This document shows, one piece after another, positions 27,001-39,000 of a DNA stretch of 64,000 nucleotides. Under the pieces are notes generated by a model. The model was not told the DNA's origin. It did not search any database and worked only from the letters and a program-made list of their open reading frames with translations. Position 1 is the first letter of the stretch; each line of letters begins with the position of its first letter. The position numbers were made by a program, and so were the translations under genes. Source of the DNA: Podarcis melisellensis (Eukaryota); the NCBI GenBank assembly GCA_964234715.1, contig OZ174276.1. One strand, given 5' to 3'.

Positions 27001-30000
27001 TACAGGTGGTCTTTCATCTAAGCCATGTTCCTTTTTATACTGAGATGATCCTTTGGGTATTTTGTGCAACTTTTAGGTGTCCATAATTTGGAGTAGCTGG
27101 GTTCTATAGGCTTTTGTTTTAGTTGGATCTCGGTAGCAGAAACTTCAATGCCAGCTTTCTCTTTGGCATGCCGCTCATGACACTGGCTGGTGTAAATAGA
27201 ACTGGAGTTTATGACTTCGGAAAACAGTGGTGCTGTGTACTATCCTCCAGCAACTTGCAGCAAGCTTGCAAGTGGTGGGGTGCATTTGAGGGACTGTCTT
27301 CAAAATATGGCTGACGCTTGTTGAATGTGTTCTTTGGAGGCCAGTTAACTGTTCCTGGCTTGCTTACACCTCAGAAAGTACTAATTTTTTCCTATGCTTA
27401 CCAAATCCAAGATACACACGGATGACAGCTAAGCCATTTTACGCTTGATTCCTTACAGAATTGTAGAATTGTGGTTTCTACCCATTTGCATAGAGCCTTG
27501 TTTGTAAATGCTTCCTCGCATAAAAAGTTCACCGCATGTCCCAAGAACATCCCTGCTGGTTCAGGCCAAAGGCCCGTTTCGTCCAACATCCTGTTCTCAC
27601 AGTGGCTGCAGATGGGACTTGAGTACAACAGCACTTTCCACAATTCAGATTTCTAGCAACTGGTATTCAGAAGCATGATGACTTTGACAGTGTAGGCAGT
27701 ACCTAGCCATTGTGGCTAGCGGCCAAGAATAGCCTCATCGTCCTTTAAAGTTATCCATGTTGTGTGTCATAAACTAGCACATTTAGGAGAAGACTACACT
27801 GGACCTTAACTCACAGGTGATGCTGAATTATTTTGTGCAGGGAACCTCTTCTGCATGGAGAGCATTCAAAAATGCGACCTGCTTTCTGGGTACAGTGTAG
27901 AATATTTGGCCCATGGGCTCCCAGCTTAGATAAAGGAAGCGGAGATAAACTCAGGAAACTGAACGCTGGCATTCTGCCAGCATTCTGTCAGGGGTTGAAA
28001 ATTATAGTAGGTGGTGGCACTGTTGAGAAATACTGCCATATTTGAACACTGCACCATATGTACATTGCATTTTTGAAGCAAACGCTGATAGAGGTTCTGG
28101 AGGGGGAAGGGGAGAGCGAGCTGGTTAAAGTGAATAAGGGGTGGAGTAAGCAAACATTGCAGTCTGCTCTTTTGCTCTGTCAGTCTGTAAACATAGCAGT
28201 GACAAATACTACTTATCAAACATTAAACTGCTCCGGGCCCTGTGAAAATGTAACTTCCATTCCTAAATGCCTTATCCAAGGGATTAATTTCCAGAACTGC
28301 CGCATTATATGCACCTTAGTCACAGGGAGTTAACATGCTATGCTTTGCTGGCCCGTGCCCAACTAGCTTAACTGAAAAATCTGAATTTCAAAGTCTCTTC
28401 TCTATAGCCAGCCTCTGTTCCTTCAAATTTATTAGTGTTCTACAGCAAATGAACAAAGGGAGGCTGAAGATTCTGGATGCATTAATCTTGTGCCCATATG
28501 GGAACATTGCAGACGAATGAATGGCAGTTTCTAGGCAGCAAATGCTTCGTTTCTTGGCACCTAATTTAGCTGTTTTACAGAATCAAAAGTGAAGTAGACC
28601 GTCTGTCTTGTGGTGTTAATAGGTGCAGCTCAGACTGTAACGGACAAATGGGAAATGGGGAAAGCAGGTTGCAGCCAACGTATGGGTGGCCTGTTTTGAT
28701 GTTGGAAATACCTTAGATACAGAATGTTGGATTTTGAATGGGCTTGGTCTGTTAGGTTTAAACTATTGGAGTTGATATATAAAACCACCCTTTGCCATAC
28801 ACAAAGGTTTTATCAACTGAAGATTTCGTACATTTTCATTACTGGAGGTTTTTTTTTTTTTTGCCCTTCCTGTATCTCTTATTTGTAGATTATAAATTTG
28901 ATAGTTACGGACTTGGGAGTGTACATATCCACATTATACACAGTGTAGACATCCATGTAGAGGTCAGGAGGTTGGCAACACAAGAATGGGCCTTCTCTGT
29001 AGTGGCTTCCTGTCTGTGGAATGCTCTCCCCAGGGAAGTTCGCCAGGCACCTTCACTATACATCTTTAGGCACCAGACAAAACCATTCCTCTTCAACCAG
29101 GCCTTTGCCTGACCTGACATCATATACCCTTTTTAAAATGCTGGCTCTTTTCCGGGGGGTGGGGATATCTGGTTTTTGTTTTGATTTTATGTAAGTGATT
29201 TTTAATGTGAACCGCCCTGAGACCTTCAGGTATAGGGCAGTATAAAAAGGCAAAGGACCCCTGACAGTTAAGTCCAGTCGTGAATGACTCTGGGGTTGTG
29301 GTGCTCATCTCGTTTTATTGGCCGAGAGAGCCGACGTACAGCTTCCAGGTCATGTAGCCAGCATGACTAAGCCGCTTCTGGTGAACCAGAGCAGCGCATG
29401 GAAATGCTGTTTACCTTCCCGCTGGAGCGGTACCTATTTATCCACTTGCACTTTGACATGCTTTTGAACTGCTAGGTTGGCAGGAGCTGGGACCAAGCAA
29501 TGGGAGCTCACCCCGTCACAGGGATTCAAACCGCCGATCTTCTGATCGGCAAGCCCTAGACTCAGTGGTTTAGACCACAGCGCCACCTGCGTCCCTGTAG
29601 GGCGGTATAGAAACAAAATAAAACTGTAGAGGACCCCAACAGTATTTTTACACATCTATAAGAAGGGTAAAACAGCAAACCTTAACCTGCAGAGTAGTCG
29701 TCGTGTTATTTCTGATGTTTTGCCTAGTATTAAGCCCTTGCAGATTAACTGTAGTAAACTGATTTACAGTATCCTTGGTTCAAAAACTTGTATTTTGCTG
29801 CAATTTGTAGAAAATAGATTAGTTTGAAACACAGTAGGCTTAAGAGTGAAGCTAGCAAAATACGGGTCCTTATAGGGCATGACTGGGCACAATTTCATCT
29901 GTAACAGGGCAGAGCATCTTGGTATCCTAGTAAAAACATACTAGTATTTTAGCCTTTAAATGCAGAACTTCTAAAAGCTTCATGCCAAGGCTGCATCTGC

Positions 30001-33000
30001 ACAAAACCTGCCAATTGGGATTTCTCCTACCAGTTATTTACTTGCCTCTACAACCTTGCTTGTATATACTGCCGAACAATTTTAAGTAGAACTCTGGAGG
30101 TTTGGGATAAGCTTTTGCTTCCTGGTGTCTGAAGATATGCATGATGCAGTATTAGGGGGCAGTTGTATGTCAGACTCTGCTGCTGTAGTTTCTGGCTTGT
30201 AGCAAATATCAAAATAAGAAACAACGTTTTCCGATCTGTCCAATCTCTCTAGGGTAGCATGAATGTTCAAGTGAGCTATGGTGGTGATCCCATCCCCAGG
30301 AGTCCTTTCACTGTAGGTGTTGCTGCTCCACTTGACCTAAGCAAAATTAAAGTTAATGGCCTGGAAAACAGTAAGTAACTTAAGTAACGTGAGCTTTTCT
30401 TTTTTCTTTTTTAAACTTGTGTACATAATAAACTTACCTGGAATGGAGGTCAAGATGCCAGTAGACACCTGAATTGACAGATACCACTGTTTTGTGTGTT
30501 GTGTAGAACTTCTGAGTTTGTTCAAACCTGAGAATTTTGAGTAGAGAAGGGTGTATGTATACGTTCTCGCTGTTAAATTGAAATTGGCCGTTCTCTGCTT
30601 TGGAAAGAGCAGTCCATTTAAGGCAAGTACTTGAAGCAAGAGTTCTGCCTGTATTGGCAATAAAAGAAGTTGCAAGCTTAAAGGTCAGCATTGACCTAGG
30701 ACTTTCCTTGGACAAGTCCCGTTCAATACTCAAAATGTGGGGTAAGGGAAAAAAAGCAAGGCGTTGAAGATTTCCTGAGTTCCGCCCATTAACCATGGGG
30801 AAGCAGGAATCCATCTGGTTCTAAACCCTTCACCAAACCTTCCTGTATGATGTTTGCTCTTGCTAAAATGTTGGTTGGATACACTGAGATAATAGTTTGG
30901 AAGGTAGTTCCCGTTTCCATCTACTTCCCATCTGCAGTCCCCTATGCTGCATCCTGCAGTATTTCCTTGGAATTGGGGTTCCAGGAGTAAAGTGGAGAGG
31001 CAGGACAACAGGAAACAGCATTCCATGAACAGAGGGCTGCTCATGGGTTGGATCCAAAGCATGCTTTATTTTTTTTAAATGGATACACTGAGGGTTATGC
31101 AGATTTTTAGGTTGGTGATCATGTAGCATTCCAGATCCCATTTGATGACTTCCTGGAACATAGATGTGGAGAGGATACGTTTTGCTCTACTACAGGCATA
31201 GGCAAACTCGGCCCTCCAGATGTTTTGGGACTACAACTCCCATCATCCCTGACCACTGGTCCTTTTAGCTAGGGATGATGGGAGTTGTAGTTCCAAAACA
31301 TCTGGAGGGCCAAGTTTGCCTATGCCTTCTCTACCACTTTTCCAAGCCATTCCTTGAGTTGATTGGCTTTTAAATAAGGTGCGTTTGAATTTTAAGAACT
31401 TGAAAGATCCTCAGGCTCCTGAAAGGAGTGTTCTACTATGAAATACATTGAGCTACAATAAAGAGTTTTGCATCAGTGAGCACTGGACCTTAGGTTAACC
31501 AAACATTAAACTACCTTCTCCATTCTAGACTTCACATGGCACAATAATATTATGGTGAGGCAATGTGAAAATGGTCTATATAAAAAAAGTACCTTAAAAA
31601 AAGTTCTCACCCTGTATGTTGTGTTATGTGACTGTTTTAAACACCTATTGCTCTCTGTTGATTCCCCCCCCCCAAAAAAACCCCCACACCTTTCATGGCA
31701 ATATTAGCACAGAGCAAAATCCTGAATGTGTTTCAAAATGAGTGTGTTCCAGTGAGCTGCAGGGCAATGGCAATATTAGCACAGAGCAAAATCCTGAATG
31801 TGTTTCAAAATGAGTGTGTTCCAGTGAGCTGCAGGGGCAAGTCTCCGTTCTACTGAGTTAACTCTGGGGTTGGCTTGCAAAATGAAATAGTAACTGTACA
31901 TATTTTGGAATGTACAGTCTCCCTATGTCGTTGTATTGATAGCCGGTATGAATTTTGTTCTGAATATGACTTATGGTCAGTGTAGAGAAAGACAACCTGC
32001 CATAACTGAGTCTCCTTTCCTTTCTGAAGGAGTCGAAGTAGGGAAGGATCAGGAATTTCTAATTGATTCGAAAGGCGCTGGTGGACAGGGCAAACTCGAT
32101 GTGAACATCTTCAGCCCCAGCAAGCAAGCCGTGCCATGCCTTGTGGAGCCTGTAGTAGGCAAAGAGTGCAGCACTGCAAAGTATATCCCACGGGAGGAGG
32201 GCCTTTATCTAGTTGATGTAAATTATGATGGGAATCCAGTCCCAGGAAGCCCTTACGCTGTGGAAGCCACTCTGCCACCAGATCCTTCCAAGGTAAGCTG
32301 TTGCTAACCCTTGCTACACGGTTGGGTGAGATTTGGATGCTTCCATTTCTTGGCAAGTTGTGATGTATGTGCATTACCCCATTGAAAAGTGTGACAAATG
32401 TTATCTTTTAGCAGAAGCCCTTAGACGCAAATTTGAGGCATGGGCCCACAGACATAGATGTGCATTTGCTAACCTTACATGTGTTTGAATTCAAATTTCA
32501 CAGAAACTTAAGCTTATTAACCACCCAAATTATTTAATTTGCACCCTCTCAGATCACCCCAGAGCACTTCCTTTTCAGTTAATTTGACCCAGTTTCCTAG
32601 CAGAGCCTCCTTCAAATCAAATTGCCCTTATGCTATCCCCATTCATTACTCCTTAAAATAGTCTATTGATATTTATCCCCCACCATTCAATTTCCCTCAA
32701 ATTCATTATGGACTCAGAAATGTTCCAAAAGAGGCACAGTAATAGCCATGGACCTTAATTGTTTTCTCTCTTGGCGTTCTCATATTATTACAAATTGGTA
32801 AATTTGTTAGATTGTACAATGAGTTGATATAAGACATTACAATTTACTCAGAATTATTTTGGATCATCTGTGATTACGCATTAATGTCAGGCATTTTGGT
32901 AACGATCTAAGCTTCTACGTTATTTTAATGCATGTTGAGCCTTGTAATAGCTGGCAGGATTAAAAGGCCTATTTCTTTCGTAGTTCCTGTTGAAGAAATG

Positions 33001-36000
33001 TTGGCAGTTTCTGAAGAAGTTAATGATAAATCACATGGGACTGTTTTAGCTCTTGTTTTCCTTTGTGCTGATTGGGTCAACTCTCTTGCTTTCAAAACAG
33101 ATTAGATTAATGAGAATCAAGTTGGCGGCAATATGCTAATTAGGCCAACTGTTGTGCAATGACGCTACATTTTCAAAATCGAAGAAAAAAATGTTGAGCT
33201 TGAAATCTTGCTGACTTGTGATAACGATAACTTGTGATAGTGATGATAACAGTAACTTTGAACAGTAGAAGTACTGTTTGGTTCTTATACATCTATTTAG
33301 TGACTGCAGACCACTAACATAAGAGAACTCTAGAACTGGCTCTGATCCCTTCCTGGTTAAATACAGTGGTACCTTGGGTTACAGACGCTTCAGGTTACAG
33401 ACTCCGGTAACCCAGAAATAGTACCTCGGGTTAAGATCTTTGCTTCAGGATGAGAACAGAAATCGTGCTTTGGCGGCGTGGCGGCAGCAGGAGGCCCCAT
33501 TAGCTAAAGTGGTGCTTCAGGTTAAGAACAGTTTCAGGTTAAGAACGGCCCTCCAGAATGAATTAGGTACTTAACCTGAGGTACTACAATACTTAATTCA
33601 GCACTTTCCTGTCCTTCCCAGGTGAGAGCCTATGGTGCAGGTCTTCAAGGAGGCCTTGTTGGAAAGCCTGCTGAATTCACAATAGACACCAAAGGAGCTG
33701 GAACTGGTGGTCTGGGGTTGACAGTCGAAGGCCCGTGTGAAGCCAAGATAGAATGTTCCGATAATGGGGACGGCACTTGCTCAGTCTCCTACCTGCCTAC
33801 GAAACCTGGCGAATACCTTGTCAACATCCTCTTTGAAGACGTCCATATTCCTGGCTCACCTTTCAGAGCAGACGTTGAAATGCCATTTGACGCTTCTAAA
33901 GTAGTCGCCACAGGCCCTGGGCTTGAACGTGGCAAAGTGGGGGAAGCAGGCCTGTTACATGTAGACTGCTCAGAAGCTGGGCCTGGGACTCTGGATATGG
34001 AAGCTGTGTCTGATTCTGGCTCCAAGGCAGATGTCGAGGTTCAGGATAACAAGGATGGAACCTACGCAGTTACATACGTCCCCCTTTCTGCCGGGATGTA
34101 CACACTCAAGATGAAATACGGCGGAGAACCAGTGCCAAACTTCCCTGCACGGGTCAAAGTTGATCCGGCTGTGGACACAAGTCAAGTCAAAGTGTTTGGG
34201 CCAGGAATTGAAGGAAAAGGTATGCCTCCCTCAGTTTATCTTTAGGTTTGTAGCACTTGTAGAATCTAGTTGGAAGGTACCCAAGGGTCATCTAGTCCAA
34301 CAACCTGCAATGCAGGACTCTCAGCTAGAGCATCCATGACAGATGACCATCCAACCTCTGTTTAAAAACCTCCAAGGAAAGAGAGTCCACCACCTCTAAT
34401 GGGAGACTGTTCCACTGCCGAACAGCTCTTACTGTAAGAAAGTTTTCTCAATGTTTAGTCGGAATCTCCTTACTTGCAACTTGAAGCCATTGGTTCGAGT
34501 CCTACCCTCCATAGCAGGAGAAAACAAGCATGCTCCCTCCTCCATGTGACAGCCCTTAAGATATTTGAAGATGGCTATCATATCTCCTCTGTCTCCTCTT
34601 TTCCAGGTTAAACATACTCAGCTCCTTCAAGCGCTCCTCATAAGTCTTAGTTTCCATACCCTTGATCATCTTAGTTGCCCTCCTCTGCACATGTTCCAGC
34701 TTGTCAACATCCTTAAATTGTGGTGCCCAGAATTGCACACAAAATTCCAAGTGTGATCTGTCTAAGGCAGACTAGAGTGGTACTACTACTTCACTTGATC
34801 TGTATAAAAAAATTAAAAAATTGTCCAGTAGCACCTTAGAGACCAACGAAGGTTGTTCTTGGTATAAGCTTTTGTGTGCATGCACACACTATACAGTGGT
34901 ACCTTGGGTTATAAACACATCGGGTTACAAACTCTGCTAACCCAGAAGTAGTACCTCGGGTTAAGAACTGTGCCCCAGGATGAGAACAGAAATCGCGTGC
35001 TGGCGGCACGGTGGCAGCAGGAGTCCCCATTAGCTAAAGTGGTACCTCAGGTTAAGAACTGACCTCTGGAACGAATTAAGTTTGTAACGAGAGGTACCAC
35101 TGTACTTTTGTTGTCACTCGCATGACTCTTAACCTGCATATCCCAGTACATGCTTAGATGTGCCCCTGGCAGTTCACAGTGCTTTCCAGGAAAGCACCCT
35201 TCCCGCTACCAAATCACATGGCTCATTTCTGTGGGTTGATAGTGACTCATGAGACTGTAGGAAAGCACCCTGGCAAAATATGGCTTAGGTGAGCAGGTTT
35301 GCGGGAAACTACTTGGTTGGGATCATTCTTGCATGATACCCATTTGGGTCTCTTGAGTACTATTGTTGTCTGAGTGGCTGAACCTATTTCCATGCAGAAG
35401 CATGGAATTCTTGGAAAATGGTTCTGCCCAAAACAAAGCTGTTTCCCAACTTTATTTCATAGATGTTTTCCGTGAAGCGACCACCGATTTCACCGTAGAT
35501 GCTAGACCCTTGACCAAGACTGGCGGAGACCATATCAAAGCTCAGATTGCAAATCCCTCTGGAGCTTCCACAGACTGCCTCATCAAAGACAATGCCGATG
35601 GGACATATGCAGTAGAGTTCACACCCTATGAAAGAGGTAAAGTCTGCTAGTTGCTACTGACTTTGGGAGAATAAGGGAGGAAATAGATCGTACTAAGCGG
35701 CACCATTCTATATTTTAACACACGTCGAAGGGCAGGCTTGCTCCAGGACAAGGGTAGCCAACTTGATGGCCTCCAGATGCTGCTAGACTAAAACTCCCAT
35801 CTTCCCTGACCATAGGTAATGCTGGCTGGCAGAGCCATAGCTAGGTGATCTTGCGCCCCTGGCAGAACCGCCCAGATTGTGCCCCCCTAGCTCTTCTTTC
35901 CACCTCTCCTCCAACCCCCCACCTTCCACCCATTCAATTCACCATAAATTTGAAACCATTTCTTATGAGGCAATAATCAATATTTATATTTATGGACATA

Positions 36001-39000
36001 TTTTTTGCCAATTTTTCACACACACCCCAGTCGCCTGCGCCCCTGGTGGGGGCCCATCTCACCAACCCCTTAGCTACGGTCCTGCTGGCTGGTGTTCATG
36101 GGAGTTGTAGTTGAACAACATGGGGAAGGCACTACATGTTCTAGAGCAGGCACCCCCAAACTCGGCCCTCCAGCTGTTTTGGGACTACAGTGGTGCCTCG
36201 CAAGACGAAAGTAATTCATTCCGCAAGTTTTTTCTTCTTGCGAGTTTTTTGTCTTGCGAAGCACGGTTTCCCATAGGAGTGCATTGAAAATCAATTAATG
36301 CGTTCCTATGGAGACCGCTTGCCAGGCTGGCGGTGCGGAGAAGGGCTTTTCTCCCCACCGCAAGCCTTCAGCACAGGTACGGGAACAGAGGGGAAGGCGC
36401 GCAGCACTTCTCCTCTGTTCCCGGGGCTTGCGGTGGGAGGAGGGTTTTTCCTCCCCACCGCCAACATTCAGAACAGCATTCTGAATGTTGGCGGTGGGAA
36501 GGAAAACCCTCCTCCCACCGCAAGTCTTCAGGACAGCCATCCGAAGGCTGGCGCGGGGAGGAGGTCTCTCCGCCCCACCACCAGCCTTCGGAGGAGGTCC
36601 GAGGACAGTGGGGAAGACGCGCTGCGCTTCCCCGCTGTCCCGGAGATTTCCCTATGGGCTTTCGTCTTGCGAAGGAAGCCCATAGGGAAATTCGTTTTGC
36701 GAAGCGCCTCCAAAATGGAAAACCCTTTCGTCTAGCGGGTTTTCCGTCTTGCGAGGCGTTCGTCTTGCGGGGCACCACTGTACAACTCCCATCATCCCTA
36801 GGTAATACAACCAGTGGTAGGGATGATGGGAGCTGTAGTCCCAAACATCTGGAGGACCGAGTTTGGGGATGCTTGTTCTAGAGTAAACTCTCCTGTATTC
36901 TGAAAATAGTTAATTCAAATAAGGTGGAGACTAATGTAACTTTTGCAATGTTTCCGAGACTTCTCCAGTAAACGTTCATCTTCTGCTTGCAGGTCCTCAC
37001 ACTGTTGAAGTAACCTACGATGATGTTCCTGTACTAAACAGCCCTTTCAGGGTTGATGTTACAGAAGGATGCCATCCTTCTCGGGTGGTGGCCGAAGGAG
37101 CTGGGCTACAAGAAGCCTTCACAAATAAACCAAACCCATTCACTGTTGTCACTCGGTAAGTATGATGGACTGTATTCTGATACGTTAATGTGGGCAGAGT
37201 AAGCTGCGTATTTGTAAAATAAAGTTGGAAGATCTGACTGTAGATGCATGAAGCAGAATTTCAGGTGTCCTTGCCTCTCCTTCCAAAGTAGCTGATTGAC
37301 AGGGACATGCCATGGGCTAGGTACAAATAGCAAGAAGCAACTTAGAGATCTTGACGTTACCACAGGCTTAAACATTGTCATCTTCCTTACAAACCCGCCC
37401 ACACACCTTCAACTCACTGCTTTGATTCTTGATGACTTTCCCCAGACTGTCTTTGTGTGATTCACACGCCTGCCAAGTAATGTCCTCACTAATGACTTCA
37501 GAATTCCCCAGGCTAAATTGGACTTTAAACTGAAGAAACCATTAATCAATCAACATGTAGACCTACCTGCATTACAGGTTCTTATTCTTCTCAACTGTCT
37601 AGTAGGCTACTGTCATTCTGAGAGAATGCAGCAGAGAACAATTAGTTGCAGTCATGCAAAGCAAAGTGGGCTCTTGAGTTTAAAATGCTGTAATAGAAAC
37701 ATGTTAACTGTTTTCCCCCCCTTTTCTTAAATGCTTGCAGAGGGGCTGGAATTGGCGGCCTTGGAATAACTGTTGAAGGACCCTCAGAATCCAAAATAAG
37801 TTGTAAAGATAACAAGGATGGCAGCTGCAGTGCAGAATATATTCCTTACGTTCCAGGAGACTATGATGTCAACATAACTTATGGGGGCGAACACATCCCT
37901 GGTAAGATGGCTTGCATCCTGAGGTTGGATTCAAAGTAAAAGCCTGTGAACTGACTTTCATGTTGGAGAACACTTTTTTTTTAAAGGATGTTGTAATGTA
38001 TAATAAATAATGTGCGTTGCATTTGAAAAAGTCAACATATCATGCTTTTGCAAGAACATTCCCAGTGGGAATCAGGGTCTCATAGCAGAGCCTTTAGATT
38101 TTTGGGAATACAAAGCAAATAGCCTTATTGACCTATAACACAATAGTAGTATATTTTGCTGCTCTTTGACCGCTACATAAGAATTTCTTACACAGAGTCC
38201 ACCTAGCTCAGTGTTGTCTACACTAACTGGCAGCAGCTCCCCAGGTTTTGAGTTTGGGGTTATCTCCCAGCCCTACCTGGATTGTCCGGAGATTGAGAAT
38301 CTGGGATTTCTTTCATGCGAAGCTGATGCTCTGCCACTGAGCCACAGCTCTACCCCAAATGTATCTAAAGATTTTGTGGTGGGTGCTAGAACCAACTTTC
38401 AGTGCCCCAAAACTTATTTTTCTCACCTCATTAGAGCATCAAGTTCACATTGCATACAGTCCCATTTCAATTAAAATTTAATCCTTGTCCATCTCAATAG
38501 CCAGTATAAATCTGATTTAAGTTGCCCAATTTTATCAGGATAGTCATCAGTGGGGGACCAAGGGAGCAGTGTGAGAGGAGCTGGGCTGCTTAGGGGTGGC
38601 TGTTGACGCACCTTTACACAAGTTGCTACATTCCCCTTTGTACTAAGCTAGCACTTCCTTCATTGGCAGGCAGTCCATTTAAGGTTCCTGTAAAAGATGT
38701 CGTTGACCCCTACAAGGTGAAAGTCTCTGGACCAGGCCTGGGAACAGCAGTCCGTGCCGGAATTCCCCAGTCGTTTACTGTAGATACCAGTAAAGCTGGG
38801 GTAGCACCACTCGAGGTTACAGTAACAGCGCCCAGAGGTAATGTGTTCCACTGCAATCGCTTGATATTTCTTTTAAATGAGTTGTATGATTAGCAGAAGT
38901 CATCACTTGGAAGCACCTGAGTGATAACTGGTAAGAGTTGTTGAATTGGAAGCACTAAGAAAAAGTAGCGTCGTGTGCAGTTCTGAAGTTCAAAGTTTTG

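Noticed and set aside
36295-36881. Several long overlapping ORFs (up to 182 aa) on both strands
   Set aside because: They lie in a GC-rich, palindromic non-autonomous transposon that is poor in stop codons, and show no transposase or other recognisable motif.
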